64,000 nucleotides of DNA. It comes from Octopus sinensis (lineage: Eukaryota). The DNA is taken from assembly GCF_006345805.1 (NCBI RefSeq), contig NC_043000.1, forward strand, positions 85,746,001 to 85,810,000, in the 5' to 3' direction. A program made the translations under genes and the position numbers. Shown in pieces: positions 1 through 14,135 of the stretch (positions are counted from its first letter, which is position 1; each line of letters opens with the position of its first letter). The notes under the pieces are model-generated. The model did no database searches. It had not been told where the DNA came from and saw only the letters and a program-made list of their open reading frames with translations.

Positions 1-2999
1 TTTACATCAGAATGTTAATTATAATAATGACCAATAATTAATTGATTTAAAATAGGTAATTGTTTATAGCTGGTGTCGTTTATATTGCAAATATGTGACC
101 TGCAAAAATAAATTGATAATTTAGTTTCGTCGGATTTTCATTTCTTAATTATTCATTTCACTAATTTTAAACAGGTCTCTACTCTGCTGCTGTTCAGGCT
201 AAGTTTATTTCGGTTACATAAAATTGTTTTTATAATTCTTTTTTTTTACATATTTCCTCTGTCTTCTGAAATATTTAATTAAAACTCCACAGGTTTGAGA
301 ATTCAGTGGATTCTACCTTTACAACCCATTTTATCGGTTGATGATCAACTAAATAACTGGTTTCTTATGTTAAAAACGTAATAGCGAATGCATAATTCTA
401 AGTGTAAACCCCTGTTAATTTGTCATTCATTGAATTCAAACAGGTTTCCCTAATTTTGACAATACATGGGATTTTCTGAAGGATGCGTTTTTATCACCAG
501 CCGAGGTGCAACATCTCTTAAAACCACCTGAAATAGTTAAATATTTATAGTGTTAAAATAGTTTATATTTGTGTCGCACTCTCGTAGCTGTCATTTATTA
601 AACGAGTGCGCTGAGCAATATTGACAAACATTCGATTTCTCTTGTCTAAATATCCATTTGTTATCTTCATTTTGATTTTAAAAAAAGTAACAAAAAACAA
701 ATAAACAAAAGCAAAACTGATTTTTGATTTCTGGGATTTTTTCCTTTTCGATTCGCTAAAATTTGCTGTCTATTTTCCGTGGGTCATCCTTAAAATGTTA
801 GCTGACGGTATAATGTATATTTATATAGTTGCTGAGATTGATTTATTTTATAGATAAAAAAAAAATGTGACGACGTCTATTAATCCTTTAATGTTTGTTA
901 AAATATTTCATGCGACAAATTACATAAAAAATGTTTCTATGTCAAATTGAATATAGAAGAAATAGCAACCACTGGAATGAAATAATGATTTAGGAAGTTT
1001 AACTATCGATAGTTTGGTAGAATCTTTAAAAAAGTTCCGTTATAAAGAGTGGAAGAATTTCTATTACGTCGTATATGGTGAGAAATAATTTGTCGTCAGT
1101 ATGGACTGCGTGTTGCCGCTGTGAACTGTTTTGGAATTATCTGTCAGTTGTTTAACTCTAGATAAACCCTAATGGAACTGAACTATGTTCAAAGGCGTTC
1201 CAACAGTGACCATTCCGTTTTTCTTTCTCCTGAGGTACAATATTTCTAGGATCTCTACGACTACATTGTTGAGGTAGGGCGTGGTTTGAAAAATTTGGCT
1301 GCTATTTCTTGCAGGACCAGCGACCACTTTAGTGACTTGTAAAGATCGGTAAAAGCTACCTTGTTCACTGCATGCTGTTGAAGACAACGTTACATTTCTA
1401 TAGCACGGTTATTTTGTTAAGCAATGCACCAAATGTTCATAATTTTGTAAATTATTTATTTTTATTTTTGCTGTAAAATAGGAAGATTCATTTGAAAGTT
1501 CTTGTCCGTTTCGGAGTGAATTTCCAATTAGCATTTTTTACCATTCATTTTGTATGAAGCACCTATATTGTCACACGTTATACGTTTTCTTTCATTTTTA
1601 TTTGCAGCAGTTTCCGTTTTTTTTCTTATTATTGGTCATGACTATAAATAATTTATAAATTGTCTAAATGCATCGTTCCGCTTCGTGCAAACAACAAATA
1701 TAATTTAATTCTAAAATAAAATGATTTAAGTCTATGCTTTTACAAAAAAGATCCATTAAAGCTGAAGCAATGTTCTACTAAATTCATATTCATATTAGCT
1801 TTCACTCAGTTCCATGCTCTACGTTGTTGCTGTATTATAATTTCAGTGCACCCATCTTTGAGTAATGTTGCATATGGATATGTGACAACATCGAATACAG
1901 CGTGCAACTGCTTCTAGCATAGAACAAAAGTTACATCATAATTGAGTAAAGCACTTGTAAGATTTGAAATGGCCATCGACGTATGCGAAAGAGATGTTGA
2001 ATCGGCAACCTTTGTAGGATCCGCCAGAAGACGACAACGGAATTAATGTTCGTTTTATTGAGATAGTGTAGCAGTGCTGATAATTTACCCTTCTGTTAGA
2101 GGGACATTTTTTTTTCTGAATTCAGTCTAAAATTGTGTGCGTGTACGCACAGTTCGAATCAAATAATGCAGATAGATAATTTAAAATGATCTACATCGTT
2201 TGATTTGAACAAAGGTAGAGCAGATGTTTAGGAAGAAAATATTTTCTGGGTTTTTGAAGGAAATATATAACAGTTGAAACTGTCAGGGCTTCGATTAAAA
2301 AAAAAATTTTGAGGTGTCAGTGCTTTTCGAAATATTAGTTTGTCTAATTCCCACTTGTAGGTTTGCATATTCTTCTGATGGAAGCTGTGCAAGATATCAA
2401 AGTTGTGTATTGTGAAGTGGTGGCATCTTTGTAGAGACTGTATAGAAGTGACAACAAATAGACTCTTAATGTAGAAGTGTAGGAGAGATGAATGATTTCA
2501 TACGTACACCAGGTCGGAAAGGTTTATGTCAACACATCATTGGAGCATTAACAATCCAAATGGTTAGCGCTGAGGGGAAGCTTGTAAGTAGGCAATTTTG
2601 GCAGATTATTCTTATTCTAAACATTGTTTGTTCAGTATAAGATTAAGAACATTGTTTCACTTGAAGTTCTCAGGAGGTAGAGAGGTGCTGCGGTAGCTCT
2701 GGTTATGTAGAATCCTTATTGGTGTTCATGTAAAGTCAGCTCTGTTCAAGTGCATAAGTTGGGTAAACCACCAGGATGTTCCACAGGTCCATTGTTTGCT
2801 CATCTTGGTTGTCACTGAAAAAGAATTTACAGCCATGCTAAACTAAAGGGAGAAACTATATTCCTTTTCGTTTCTTAGTTAAAGTAAATTTATACAAATA
2901 TAGAATATTTGTATGTGGTATACTGTCATGGAAAGTAATAAGTTTAAAAAAAAAAAAAAATCTTAGAAAAATCTGGCTTACAAGTATTTGCATTAGGAA

Positions 3000-3200
3000 A
3001 GTTCTTCATAGGATATACAACATTAACGATGTAATTAGAAGGAAGAAATTGAAATGGTCCAGTCATGTAGCAAGAATACAAGTTACTATGTAACATTGGT
3101 CCTCTCATTTAAGACCAGATGATATGGTAGACTGCGAGAGAGATGAACATCTCAGATTTGTGAAGTCAGGGTTGTTACTTGTGACAGTAGCGAGTAGAAC
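3000..3200 (+). mobile_element. decayed RTE-type LINE 3' fragment
   Basis: 3028-3078 translates to DVIRRKKLKWSSHVARI, resembling the KxxWAGHVAR motif at the end of RTE ORFs. Confidence 0.5.
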
Positions 3201-3208
3201 ATCTGGTC

Positions 3209-3577
3209 CAGTTGTTCCCAACCTTTTCACTACCAATTTATTTAAGAGTTTTTCCACGGACCCCTTGTAATATGCTTATCCTTATGTGTGTGTATATATA
3301 TTAAGTTGGTGCATAATTATTGTGGCTATTTTTTCAATAAATTTTATTCAACAAAAAATTTAAACAAAATGCCAAGCAGAAATTGAAGTAGATGGTGAAT
3401 ATGCTCCGGAATAATCATTTAAAGATGTTTTTGTTAAATGTTATTGTTTTTGTTGAATAAAATTTATTGAAAAAAAGCTGCAATAATTATGCACCAACCT
3501 AATATATATCTAAAATTTTGAATTTAGTTCATGGACCCCCAGTACTACTTTTGCAGACCACAGGTTGGGAATCACCG
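3209..3577. mobile_element. hAT-type MITE containing a nested mariner-type MITE
   Basis: TIRs CAGTTGTTCCCAACC / GGTTGGGAATCACCG. 8-bp flanks ATCTGGTC / ATCTAGTT (6/8 match) fit a decayed TSD. Confidence 0.75.
3301..3502. mobile_element. mariner-type foldback MITE
   Basis: TTAAGTTGGTGCATAATTATTG ... CAATAATTATGCACCAACCTAA with long inverted arms, flanked by TA. Confidence 0.85.
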
Positions 3578-3607
3578 ATCTAGTTGGTGGCAGTGGTCCA
3601 GATGCCA

Positions 3608-3639
<32 letters not shown>

Positions 3640-5288
3640 TTTGGAGAGGACTGAGTTACTACAATATATACCTTTTTAAAAATTTATATTGCATTATGAG
3701 AGATATCTGTAACCCTTTTGATTATGGGGTATTGGTGAAGAACTGATCTTTATCTGGTGATTTTTAGGAAAGATTTCACTGGAGTGCTTTCCTATTACGT
3801 TTAGACCTACAGGAGGAGTTGAATTTGCAAATTATCAGTTTGCAGTGCTGCAATTGCTCAGAACAGCCAGTTGTTGTACTCTGTAGTACTTACAGCTAGG
3901 TGAAGTGGGTCATTTCAGAGCTAAACATCTTGATTATGAACATAACCACAACAGTGACTCAATATGTTTCCTGCTTCTTATTCACTATCATCCATATCAG
4001 GCGATGCATGGTCACAGTCCAGTGAGTGAATCAAAAAGTCATTTCTAAACAACAGTTCCATCAAAGAACTGTACTTCACAATACACATTTCTAGGAATAC
4101 GTAAAAAGATATATAAAAAAAAAAACTAGTAAGTTATAACATTAATCTTTTTTTTTGGTAATAGGATGAAGAAGGAATCTAGGCCAAGTTGCTGAATTAA
4201 TATATTGATAACTTAACAGCTGCATCATCCACTTTCTAATCAAATAATGATAATAATAATGTGAACTTGTAATGTTCATATAATTCTGAATTGGCTGCTG
4301 CACATTAAACAATGTTTCTTTGCTTGGTTTAAAGTCCACGATAAATAATCTTACTCAGAACCAGAACATCTATCATGAAGTACACATATTATCTTCATGC
4401 CATGGCAAGATAATAATCATATGTTAAAACTGAAAGAAGCCCATCCTATATATTTATATGTGCGTGTGTGTGTTTGTCTCCTACCACCACTTGACAACCA
4501 GTGTTGGTTCGGTAAAAGAGACCAGTATAATAAATACCAGGTTTAAAAAATGTACTGGGATTGATTCATTTGACTGAAAACTCTTCAATGCAGTGCTCCA
4601 GCATGGCTGCAGTCTAATGACTGAAATAAAGAAAAATAAAAGAAAAAGTTTGAGGAATTCTTAACAGCAATATGAAGATGGAGTGATAGCATAAAACTAC
4701 CTTTCTGGATCATGTGTATCTTGCTTCAGTCTTTTGATTAAGAGATGATGAGCCTTGGTCAGTAAATGATTACTTGAACCTGTAGTTTATATATTTTCCG
4801 GTGTTAGACTTAATTATTGTCTTGTTTAACACCACTACCTAGTCCTTGAATGTTTTAGCAGGGTTCATTCTGTTGATAAAAAGATGGTGAGTTTTGGTCT
4901 GTAACTAGTGCATGCATATAAATTTTTGAATGGTAGACCAAAGTCTTAGTTATTTAACTCCTAAGACATTTTAACTCTTTCAAATTCCTTCTGCTGTTCT
5001 TTAATAGATTCTGCAATAGGTATTCAGTTTTGAACTTGTGATTGATTTAACTAAAAGAAATAGTTGGCAATTTGGTTGTTATTTCTAGTAGGTCGTGTGA
5101 TTGCATAGGGACTCTCTTATTGGCCAACTGGCTTGTTTTTCATTCAGATGCTTGATGTAGCCTATATAACATTTATTTCATTAATTTCCTTTGTTAATTA
5201 GTCTGTCATTTACATGTCTCTTTATGTTATCATTGCTATTAAATTCAAGTGTGTCATTTCTTTCAGATTACATCCTCATTCTTTCATT

Positions 5289-5887
5289 TTAACCCTTAAG
5301 CTTTCAGGTTACTCTGTTAAATGTATTTACATTGCTTTAAATCATTCATGCATTATCTTGTAGCTTCAAAGTTTTGATATGATTATTTTTAGAATTACAT
5401 TGTAAGGTGGATGCCAGAGGCTAGACCTGGTTGAATTGAGCATAAAACAGGTAAAATATTGAGACCAGCTATGGTTGGTTTAAATGTTACATTCAAACTG
5501 GCCATATCTGGTCCTAATATTCCACCTGTGTTGTGTTTAAGTCAGCAATATCCACCCTCTCACACCTACCCTACATTGTCATCCTAAAATCAAACAATCA
5601 TATCATTAAAATCTTGAAGCTGTAAGAGAATGCATGATTAATTTAAAACAATGTGAATAAATAAGCCTTACATTTGAATGTAATTTGAATGCTAAATGGT
5701 CCAAATATTCTTCCTGTTTTATGTTCAAACTGGCCAGATCCAGCCTCTCACACCTACCCTATATTGTCCTTCTAAGCATAAACGGTCACATCATTAAAAT
5801 CTGAAAGCTACAAGATAATAAATAATTCAAAATAATGTGAAGAAATAAACATTACATTTGACAATAATCTCAATGCTAAAAGGTTAA
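5289..5887. mobile_element. cluster of three ~200-bp TTAA-flanked (piggyBac-like) MITE copies, one forward and two reverse
   Basis: Starts TTAACCCTT and ends AAAGGTTAA. 5490-5699 and 5700-5887 are reverse-complement homologues of 5289-5486. Same family at 32861-33082 and about 56205-56411. Confidence 0.7.
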
Positions 5888-6948
5888 ACATGCTTTTCTG
5901 TTTATCCTTCTAGCATTGAATATTGTCAAATCACATCTATTGCTTGCTAGATATATCTGACACTCCATCGTTCATTTCCCTCACTAAAGACTATAAGCTT
6001 ATGTTGTAATCTTACTTCATCATGCTGCTTGTTGTCTGACTGACCTCTTCTCTTTAGTTATTCTTTGTCTCTTTCCAAATTACTTGTATTTTAGTTAATC
6101 CACAGCCCCATTTTTCATTGTTAAGATACATCTTGTTACTTTTGCTTCCTCTTCACGTTACTGTTATTATTGCAAGATGTTATTGTTATAAGCAAGATGG
6201 CTGAGTGGTTAAGTTATTGAACCAACAGAAAGTGTATGGAGCATGACTTCAGTTTTAATGCTAGCATTTATGTTTGTCTTTCATTTAGTTTATGGGTCTC
6301 ATATATTTGGCCTGCAGGCTAGATCTGGCCTGAGACAATGTTTTAGTCCATCCCTGGCTCTATTATATATTTATTAAAAAATTATTATTATTTGAATTTT
6401 AAAATATTCTGTAAAACATATATATATATTGCTAGCATTTGTTCAGAGTTTAGCTGGACCAGAGTTGTGATTAACACCAGTATGGATTAGTCAAATCAGA
6501 GTACCTTAGGGAATCTTGTTATTTCAACCAAGATAAAAAAAAAGCTTATGAATTTTTGAACTAAAGTTGTCACATGTATTGCCTTTACCTATATGCTCAG
6601 CCAAATAGAAGTTTTTTTTTTGCTTATATTTACATATGTATTCCTTCAAATGAATTCTTGTGATATGAACTATGTTAAAAGGTTTTGCATTGAAATGTGC
6701 AAGCTTTCTATCAAATACAGTTCTCAAGAACTCTATTTCTTCCTTTGGACAATTTTTATCTCATCTCAATCTTATTTAAAAGCACTTGTATATATATCAT
6801 CATTGTTTAATGCCTGTTTTCCATGCTGGCATGGGTTGTTTGGTTTGATAGGAACTGTTGGCTAGAGGACTGGGCCAAGCTTTCATTGTTTGCTTTTTTT
6901 CTGTTTCTATAGTTGGATGTCCTTCCTAACATCAACTACTTATATATT

Positions 6949-6987
<39 letters not shown>

Positions 6988-9060
6988 TCATCATTTAATA
7001 TCCACCTTTCATGCTGGCATGTATGGGACGATATATACACACACACTCTCCCCCACCCGTGTAAAGTTTTCCCTCATGTCTCTGCACACAAATTTTGCTA
7101 ATGCTTAATATTATTTCCTTTCTTTATTGTCAATGAAGCTGTTTTAATGTATGTTGACCCTTTTATTAATTTACTTTGGCTTACGTTATGAAATAGGTTT
7201 TTAGAAATAATTGTTCCTATTCAAGATCTAGTTTATGCTTCAGTATAGCCTGCAAAACCAAATGGGTTTGATATCACCACCTTAGTTCATTTAATTGGCA
7301 AGGATAGATAACTGGTCATCTATAAATAAACAAGTTTAAAGCTAATCACCACCTCTCAAGGAGATTCTCAGTATATAGAAATTCTAAAAATATGCTTCAT
7401 AATATATATAAAGAAACTTCACCTGTCTTTACATTCTTAGTTCAAATTTCACACTTTGTCTTTCAACCTTTCGGGGTTGATAAATTAAGTACCAGTTGCA
7501 AACTGTGGTTGATCTAATCGACTGGTCCCCTCCCCAAAAATTTTGGGCCTTATGCCTAGAGTAGAAAATTTTGGGCCTTGCACCTAGAGTGCAAGGTGTA
7601 GAATTTGGCTTACTTTCTCTTCTCTGAAATCATTACCCATCATCATTTAACATCTGTCTTCCATGCTTGTGTAGGTCGAACAATTTGACAGGATCTGATG
7701 AGCTGGAGTACTGCTTTGAGCTCCAATGCCTGCTTTGGCATGGTTTCTATGGCTGGATGCCTTATCTAATGCTGTCCACTCGACAGTGTATTGGATGCTT
7801 TTTTTTTTGTTACACTGGCACTAGTGAAGTTGGCAAATAACTTGCAAGACAAAAAAAAAAAAAAGAAGCCTCCCCTCATTTGAGTGGGGTTGTAGAAGAG
7901 TTGGAGGTGGTTTTATGAGAGGCTAAAGTATGATAGAGAAACAGGCAGTGCAGTAGAAGAGCTGCATGGTTACCTGGCATAATAAAAGAGTAGTGGGAAT
8001 AGCTGGAAAGAAGATAAACTTGTTGGTTATGAGATGTCAGAGTGTATTCTCAAGGTACAAGATGAATATATGAGAGAATATGGCATGAGTATGGGAAGGT
8101 GTGGATAGATAAGTTCATAGGAGTGTGAGAGGAGAGTTTTATTAATTAGGACACCTGAATAATCTTGATATTTAGGTTTGAAAATTGAATGTTTCAGGTA
8201 TTGATTTTGTAGAAGGTTACAATTCATTCTTATGCAGATTTGTTTTGTAAATATTTCAAAAGAATAAATTTTATAAATGGCTCATTTTCTTGAATTTTAT
8301 TTATATCTGGGATATATACATTGCTTAAGTCATTAAAAATAAAAAAAGAGACCAATTGTTTACTTGTTTTACTACTGTGTGCGTGTGTGTTATTATATAC
8401 AGATATATGCACCGGCATGGCTGTGGTTGAGAAGTTTACTTCCAATCATGTGATTTCAAGTTCAGTCCCATTGCATGGCACCTTGGGTAAACCTTTGGTT
8501 GACAGAAACTGAAGAAGCCTATATGTGTGCATGTGTTTGTTTTGACCTCACATGATAGTTGTAAATGAGTGTTGCCATCATACAAGAGTGTTATTCATTT
8601 CCAATCTTCCAAGAAAATTTGTCTTGCTATGGGAAAATATTACCTTGCTTGGTAACAGGATGGGCATCCAGCTACAGAAAATATGCCTCCATGAATTCAT
8701 ACTGACCCATTCAAGCATGGAAAAGTGTACCTTAAAAACAATATACGTCATCAGATTCAGTTTTTAACATTCGTCTTCCAAGCTGGCATGAATTTGATAG
8801 TTTAACAAGATCTGACAGATTGGAAGACTGCATCAGTGTCTGATTTGGCAGGGTTTCTTTGGCTGGATCCCCTTCCTACTGCTAACCACTTTATAGAGTA
8901 TACTGAGTGCATGGGTTTTAATGACACCAACACTCTATTGGTTTGAATAGTTCTTATTTATTCTCAAATTACTTAAAATTAACAATGACCCACATTTTTC
9001 AATATTTCACAATTCGGACAAAGTTAAACACATTGTTTACAATATATAGAATGTTTGCTA

Positions 9061-9270
9061 ATTTACAATATATTTTTTAATATTTTCCAACTTACAATAT
9101 ATTTTTTAATATTTTCCAATTTCCAATATATTTTTTAATATTTTCCAATTTCCAATATATTTTTTAATATTTTCCAATTTCCAATATATTTTTTAATATT
9201 TTCCAACTTACAATATACTTTTTAATATTTTCCAATTTACAATATATTTTAAAACATTTGCTAATTTACA
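9061..9270. repeat. 29-bp minisatellite, about 7 units
   Basis: CAATATA recurs at 9066, 9095, 9124, 9153, 9182, 9211 and 9240. Confidence 0.9.
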
Positions 9271-9274
9271 ACTT

Positions 9275-9700
9275 ATTGTATACAGTGGTCATGTGCACTA
9301 CAACTCGGCAGAAAAAGTAGCTAAAAATGCATGAACAGTATATAGAATAATGCACAGGAAGTGAACAGTGAATGAGTCTTTAAAAAAAGGGAATGGGCAT
9401 CAGGTGCACTATAGGCAAATTTCAGGAAGAATGGAAATTTTGAAGGATGTAGTACCTCAACAGCCAACAGCTGTTGCATATAGTCTATTCAATATTTCAG
9501 CAATTCTGAGCATGAAAAGCTGTTTCTGAAATCATAGGTGCAGTATTGTTTTCTAAGCATGTCCATAAGTGTTAGACCTATTGAATTCAAGAGGTATCCA
9601 AGGCTGTTGTTGAAAGATGGTGGATAATCTTGTGGGTGTCTACCAAGTCAGTTGCCTGATGTTACAAAATATGACTGTAGTAATCTTTGTTTTCTGTCTG
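9275..9700 (-). mobile_element. decayed CR1/L2-type LINE 3' end
   Basis: Minus-strand remnants resembling DLVDTHKII...FRNSF...(W)NRL from CR1/L2 ORF2 C-termini. Boundaries approximate. Confidence 0.5.
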
Positions 9701-10500
9701 ACCAGGTGGAGCATACTCATGATAAGCAATCCTCTTGTATTAGAAGAAAACAGTCAACAGTGTCTTACTCGTTCGTGTTTTCGTTGGTCTTGGAGAGGTT
9801 GGGGGTCTTCCACTGTAAAGACTTAGCCTTTGTTTTGGGTCGTAGCCATAGACCCACAATTCATCACTTGTTATGACTGTTTTCAAAAAGTTTTCATAAT
9901 TCTCAATACAATCAAGGAGATCTTGTGCAACTGAAACCCGAGTGTCTTTTTCATCAGCTGACAGCAGTTTTGACACAAACTTGGCACACATTGTATACCC
10001 AAATCTTCAGTGATAATGGACTGAAGTGAACCATAACTAATCTGCACATCCTCTGATAACACATGGATGATGATTCGATGATTTCCCCTCACAGCAGCAT
10101 GCACATTTGCGATCTTTTTCTCAGTTCTGCTGGTAGATTTCCTAGAACGTTTGTCACTATCAACATTTTTCAGCTATCTTGGAACCACCCGTACACTTGT
10201 GTATGGCTCATACACTTTCTGCAACTTTGCGTAGGCCTCTGAGCAGGTATCACCAAGCTTTTGGCAAAATTTGATGCAGATTCTCTGCTCAGTTTTCTCT
10301 GTCATGGTCAATGTGATAATCACACGCTACACACGTTCCTTCCAAACACTGCTGTAAACAGCAGAAGTGAGCAAGAACATTGAAACTTAGTGCACATGCA
10401 CAGCAGAGTTCAAGGTCAATCTGTGCCAAGTAGCTTCACTCAGCATGCTTTAGCTTTGTTACTATGGCAACAGTTCAGAAACATGTTGATCAGACCACAT
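9700..10500 (-). mobile_element. truncated mariner transposon remnant
   Basis: ORF fragments KFVSKLLS...FLKTVITSDELWVYGYDP (first catalytic D motif) and an HTH region (SYGSLQSIITEDLG). TIR-like end near 10500. Confidence 0.8.
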
Positions 10501-13460
10501 ATTAAATTACAATATATTTTAAGATATTTGCTAATCTAAGAATATATTGTAAAATGTTTGCTAATTTCATGTTGGTTGAATTAAAAAAAAAAAATTTTTT
10601 TTGAACAGGATTTGCTGATCTTAAATTATTTCACAGGAAGCTTACTTCAGGCATTTTGAAAAATATTGCTTCATATTTAAAAATAGGTTATTTCTCACAA
10701 GCCACCAGGTCCTATCTGTTGTTATTGTTGAGTTATTGTGGTTCAAGAAAACCAGATAAAAATATTGTTTCAGAGAATAGCACCAATCTATATAAGAATA
10801 TTGAAGCATTTAGAAAATTTCTTGCACTTATCTACGATATAGGTTATATTCATGCTGTAAGTTTGATTTGATCAGTGCTTAACCAAAACAATTACCACCA
10901 TATGTAAACTATCTTTTTCAGTGCTTTCAGTTAGGGAACTCTAAGTATAATTGACTACAACTTCAAAAAGCTCTTGGATTAATCCTTTTGTGAAAACAGT
11001 ATTTGATGAGCTAATAACCTATGGCTTAAGTAAGCTGCAGATTCTAAGTTTTTAATGTACTATATCCTCCTCAGGGTGTCAGGAAATAAGCTCTTATTCA
11101 TCCTTTTCTTGCTGGATTATATAAAAAATGAGATAGCCTAAAATAATTGGTTTTAAAATGAAATGTCAGTGATTTAATTCACTCTTCAGTAAACAGCTTT
11201 TACTTATTAAATTACTTTTGTTCAACTTTGTTGAATAAGATACAAATTAACTCTGTTAATCTGGTCATAGTTGATAATGAGCCTGTATTAACATTTCCAG
11301 CATTCAAAATTAATATAAAATTGGCATGGCTGTGTGATTAAGAAGTTTGCTTCCCAATCAGTCTTTTGGTTTTGGGTTCAGTCTTAATTTGTAGCAATTT
11401 AGCAGAAGTGGGACTATAGCAGAAGACATTTGTCTTTTACCCTAGTCTCTGGTTAACTGAAACCTTGAGTAGATTTGGCAGACAAAAACAGAAAGCCAGT
11501 TATGCATCAATTCCTTCTTGTTGTCCATTCTGTACTCTCACATCTCTCCATGTCTATTCTGCTAATCTGTACTCTCTCATCTCATGATCTGTTCTACTCA
11601 CTGTACTAAGTTACCTATATCTGACAGAAGTGTACTGAATTTGTGCATATTAGATATCTACTTTCTCTATACCTCTATCACCTATATCTTAGTACTCCTC
11701 TTTTCCTTCTGAATCATACTTGAGTGGGGAGATTTTGCACTTTGGCAGTCTTTACCCACCTTCCTTGATTCTCTTGTCACTATAATGTTGTGGACATGTT
11801 ACCTTGAGAATATACTCTGACCTTATCATATCTCTCCTGCAACATCACTCTACCCTCCCATATATAACTGTATCTCTTCTTCAATCCTCACCTCCTCACA
11901 ACCCTTATCACTCTGATTCTTTCTCACTAACTCCCTAACACTATTTTTCCTCCTATTACCCCCTTTCCTGACACTGTCTTTTTAACTCTCTCCTCCACCA
12001 CCCTTTCTCAATAGTATACCTGTGTAACTCCAATAAGAACTGTCTTGGAGTGTGACATAGTGTCCAACCTATGTGGGCATGCTTACGAATTGACCAATCC
12101 CATCACTAGGTCCACTTATTCAACCCACCCCATCACCATTACTATTTTGATCCCATCCTCACTTTCATACTAGTTTGACATGAACCTTTCCCTCACCTCT
12201 CTCTTGATTACCTCCATTCTAACACTGCTGCCTCTGTTCTCTCCATTGCCATCTTCTCAGAATAAATTTGCTCTATCCACCATAGGAACTACCTTTCACT
12301 TTGCAAGGTAACCCCAACAATGGTGATGCCATAAAATGCATTTGGCACACTTTGTAAGTGATTGGCAATCAATTGAAGTCGTAACAATGTAGGGTTTTTT
12401 AACCTTGACAAGGGAAGGCAATCTTTATATTATTGGTGTTATGATAAAATGTACTCATTACACTCTGTAAAGTGCTTGGTATTAGAATGGGCATCCAGCT
12501 GTATAAACAATGTTGAAAATTGGATATTGGAGCAAGATATGGTCTTCTGACACATTGAATCTTGCTGAACCAGCTTCTCCATGTTGATCTAGATGCAAAA
12601 ACTTCAATCTAGATGAAAATTTCTTAAAATGCTAGCTGAAGAACTCCTTGGTGAGAAAGAATTTCTGTTTACAAAAGAGACAAAACTGGTAACTCATGAT
12701 TTTGTGGACTTTGTCCTTCAAGAAAAAAAAGAAAAAGAGTAGAATTAGCTGTCAAAAATATCACATTTTTGCATGTGGAAGTCAGATGAAACTGTTTTGC
12801 GTTTGAACTGTGTAAATTAATTTTTTAAATATATTTTTCAATGAAAATCTGACTTGGGCCAGTGTTGTCACCTTCATGTCTTTATGTAACTTTTTTTCAT
12901 GTTTTCTGTGCTTAAAATTACAAAATACATTCAATTATTGATTTAATGAAAGAGAGTGAGAGAGGTAGAAAGAATTAAAACTAGTTTTTAGTTTTGCCTT
13001 TGTAGAACGCTATGGTAAGAAACTGTAAATGAACTAGGGATTAAACCTGGTTTGCAGGTTCAGGGGTCACTCTATAGCACCCATTTTCTCACTTTGGATT
13101 ATCAAGCCTAATTAAGAAAGACGGTGAAACTTATAATGTGCAACTGAGATTTTACAATTTTTCAAGGTATGAAAATATTAAGTGGTTTAGCTAACTTGAT
13201 GAAGAATCCTCCAAATCAATTTGATAGGAAGAGCCCATTTTCCTTCAGACCCTAAATTTGAGCTCCTCAGAAAAAAATAAGTGAATTGTAGTTGAATATT
13301 AAATCTAAATTTAGTTGTTATTTATTTACAAGTCAACACTTAGCAAAAATTCAGGTATCCCAGATATGTTTCCTTCCTTTTTAAGGTTATATAGGTGTCC
13401 TTATTTTGATTTGAAAGAGACTTGGTTACTATTTCTAGCAGGTCTAGTAACCATGTAGAG

Positions 13461-13769
13461 CAGTAGTTTCCAAACTTTTTTGGGCTGCCACCTCCTTGAC
13501 ACCCAGGTCACATTCCTACTGCCCCCACCCCAACTAACCATTACATAGACCTCTTTCTAAAGCAAATTCAAAGTAACTATATTTCCCAAATAAAACTTAA
13601 TCTAATGAACCCATTGTTTTGTTGTTTTTACATGAATTGCCACCCCATTATAGCCCTAATTTTCACATGAATCGCAAACCCATCATCACCCCACTTTTCT
13701 TCAATGCCCCCTTAGAATTTTCCACCACCCTAGGGGGGGGGGCAATACTGCCCACTTTGAGAACCACTG
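13461..13769. mobile_element. hAT-type MITE
   Basis: CAGTAGTTTCCAAA ... TTTGAGAACCACTG with a perfect 8-bp TSD ATGTAGAG (13453-60 / 13770-77). Confidence 0.88.
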
Positions 13770-14026
13770 ATGTAGAGGCTTCTTTGTTAGCTCAGGCTAA
13801 GTTGAGTTTTTTTTTTTTGCCAGAAGTGAGATGTATGGATGATGATCATGTTAGGGAACTGTTCCTTATAAGGTATAGTTGATTACATTGTCTTCCCCAC
13901 TTCTGTATTTATTTTTGTTAAGTGGTGCAAAAATTTCAAGAGGATATATTTTATTTTTATATTGAGCTACATATGTATCAATAACGCATTTATGTAATTT
14001 TTGTCCTTAAATTTTATTCTTTTAGA

Positions 14027-14135
14027 ATGGATATTGCTGAAAGTATGATACAGCGTTTTCGTGTTGGAGGCCGAAACAAAACTAAGTTTTCTCCTTCAAA
14101 GGAGGATATTCTAAACACGATAGAGCAATTTGGAG
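14027..14135 (+). CDS. TBC1D5: TBC1D5 first coding exon (MDIAESMIQRFRVGGRNKTKFSPSKEDILNTIEQFG)
   Basis: Polypyrimidine tract plus TAG acceptor (14024-25), ATG at 14027, GTAAGA donor at 14136. Phase 1 matches the next exon. The N-terminus is poorly conserved, so the assignment rests on splice signals and phase. Confidence 0.72.

Noticed and set aside
56-205. Possible 5' UTR intron and exon (donor at 56, acceptor at 174)
   Set aside because: No convincing downstream donor. It cannot be supported without transcripts.
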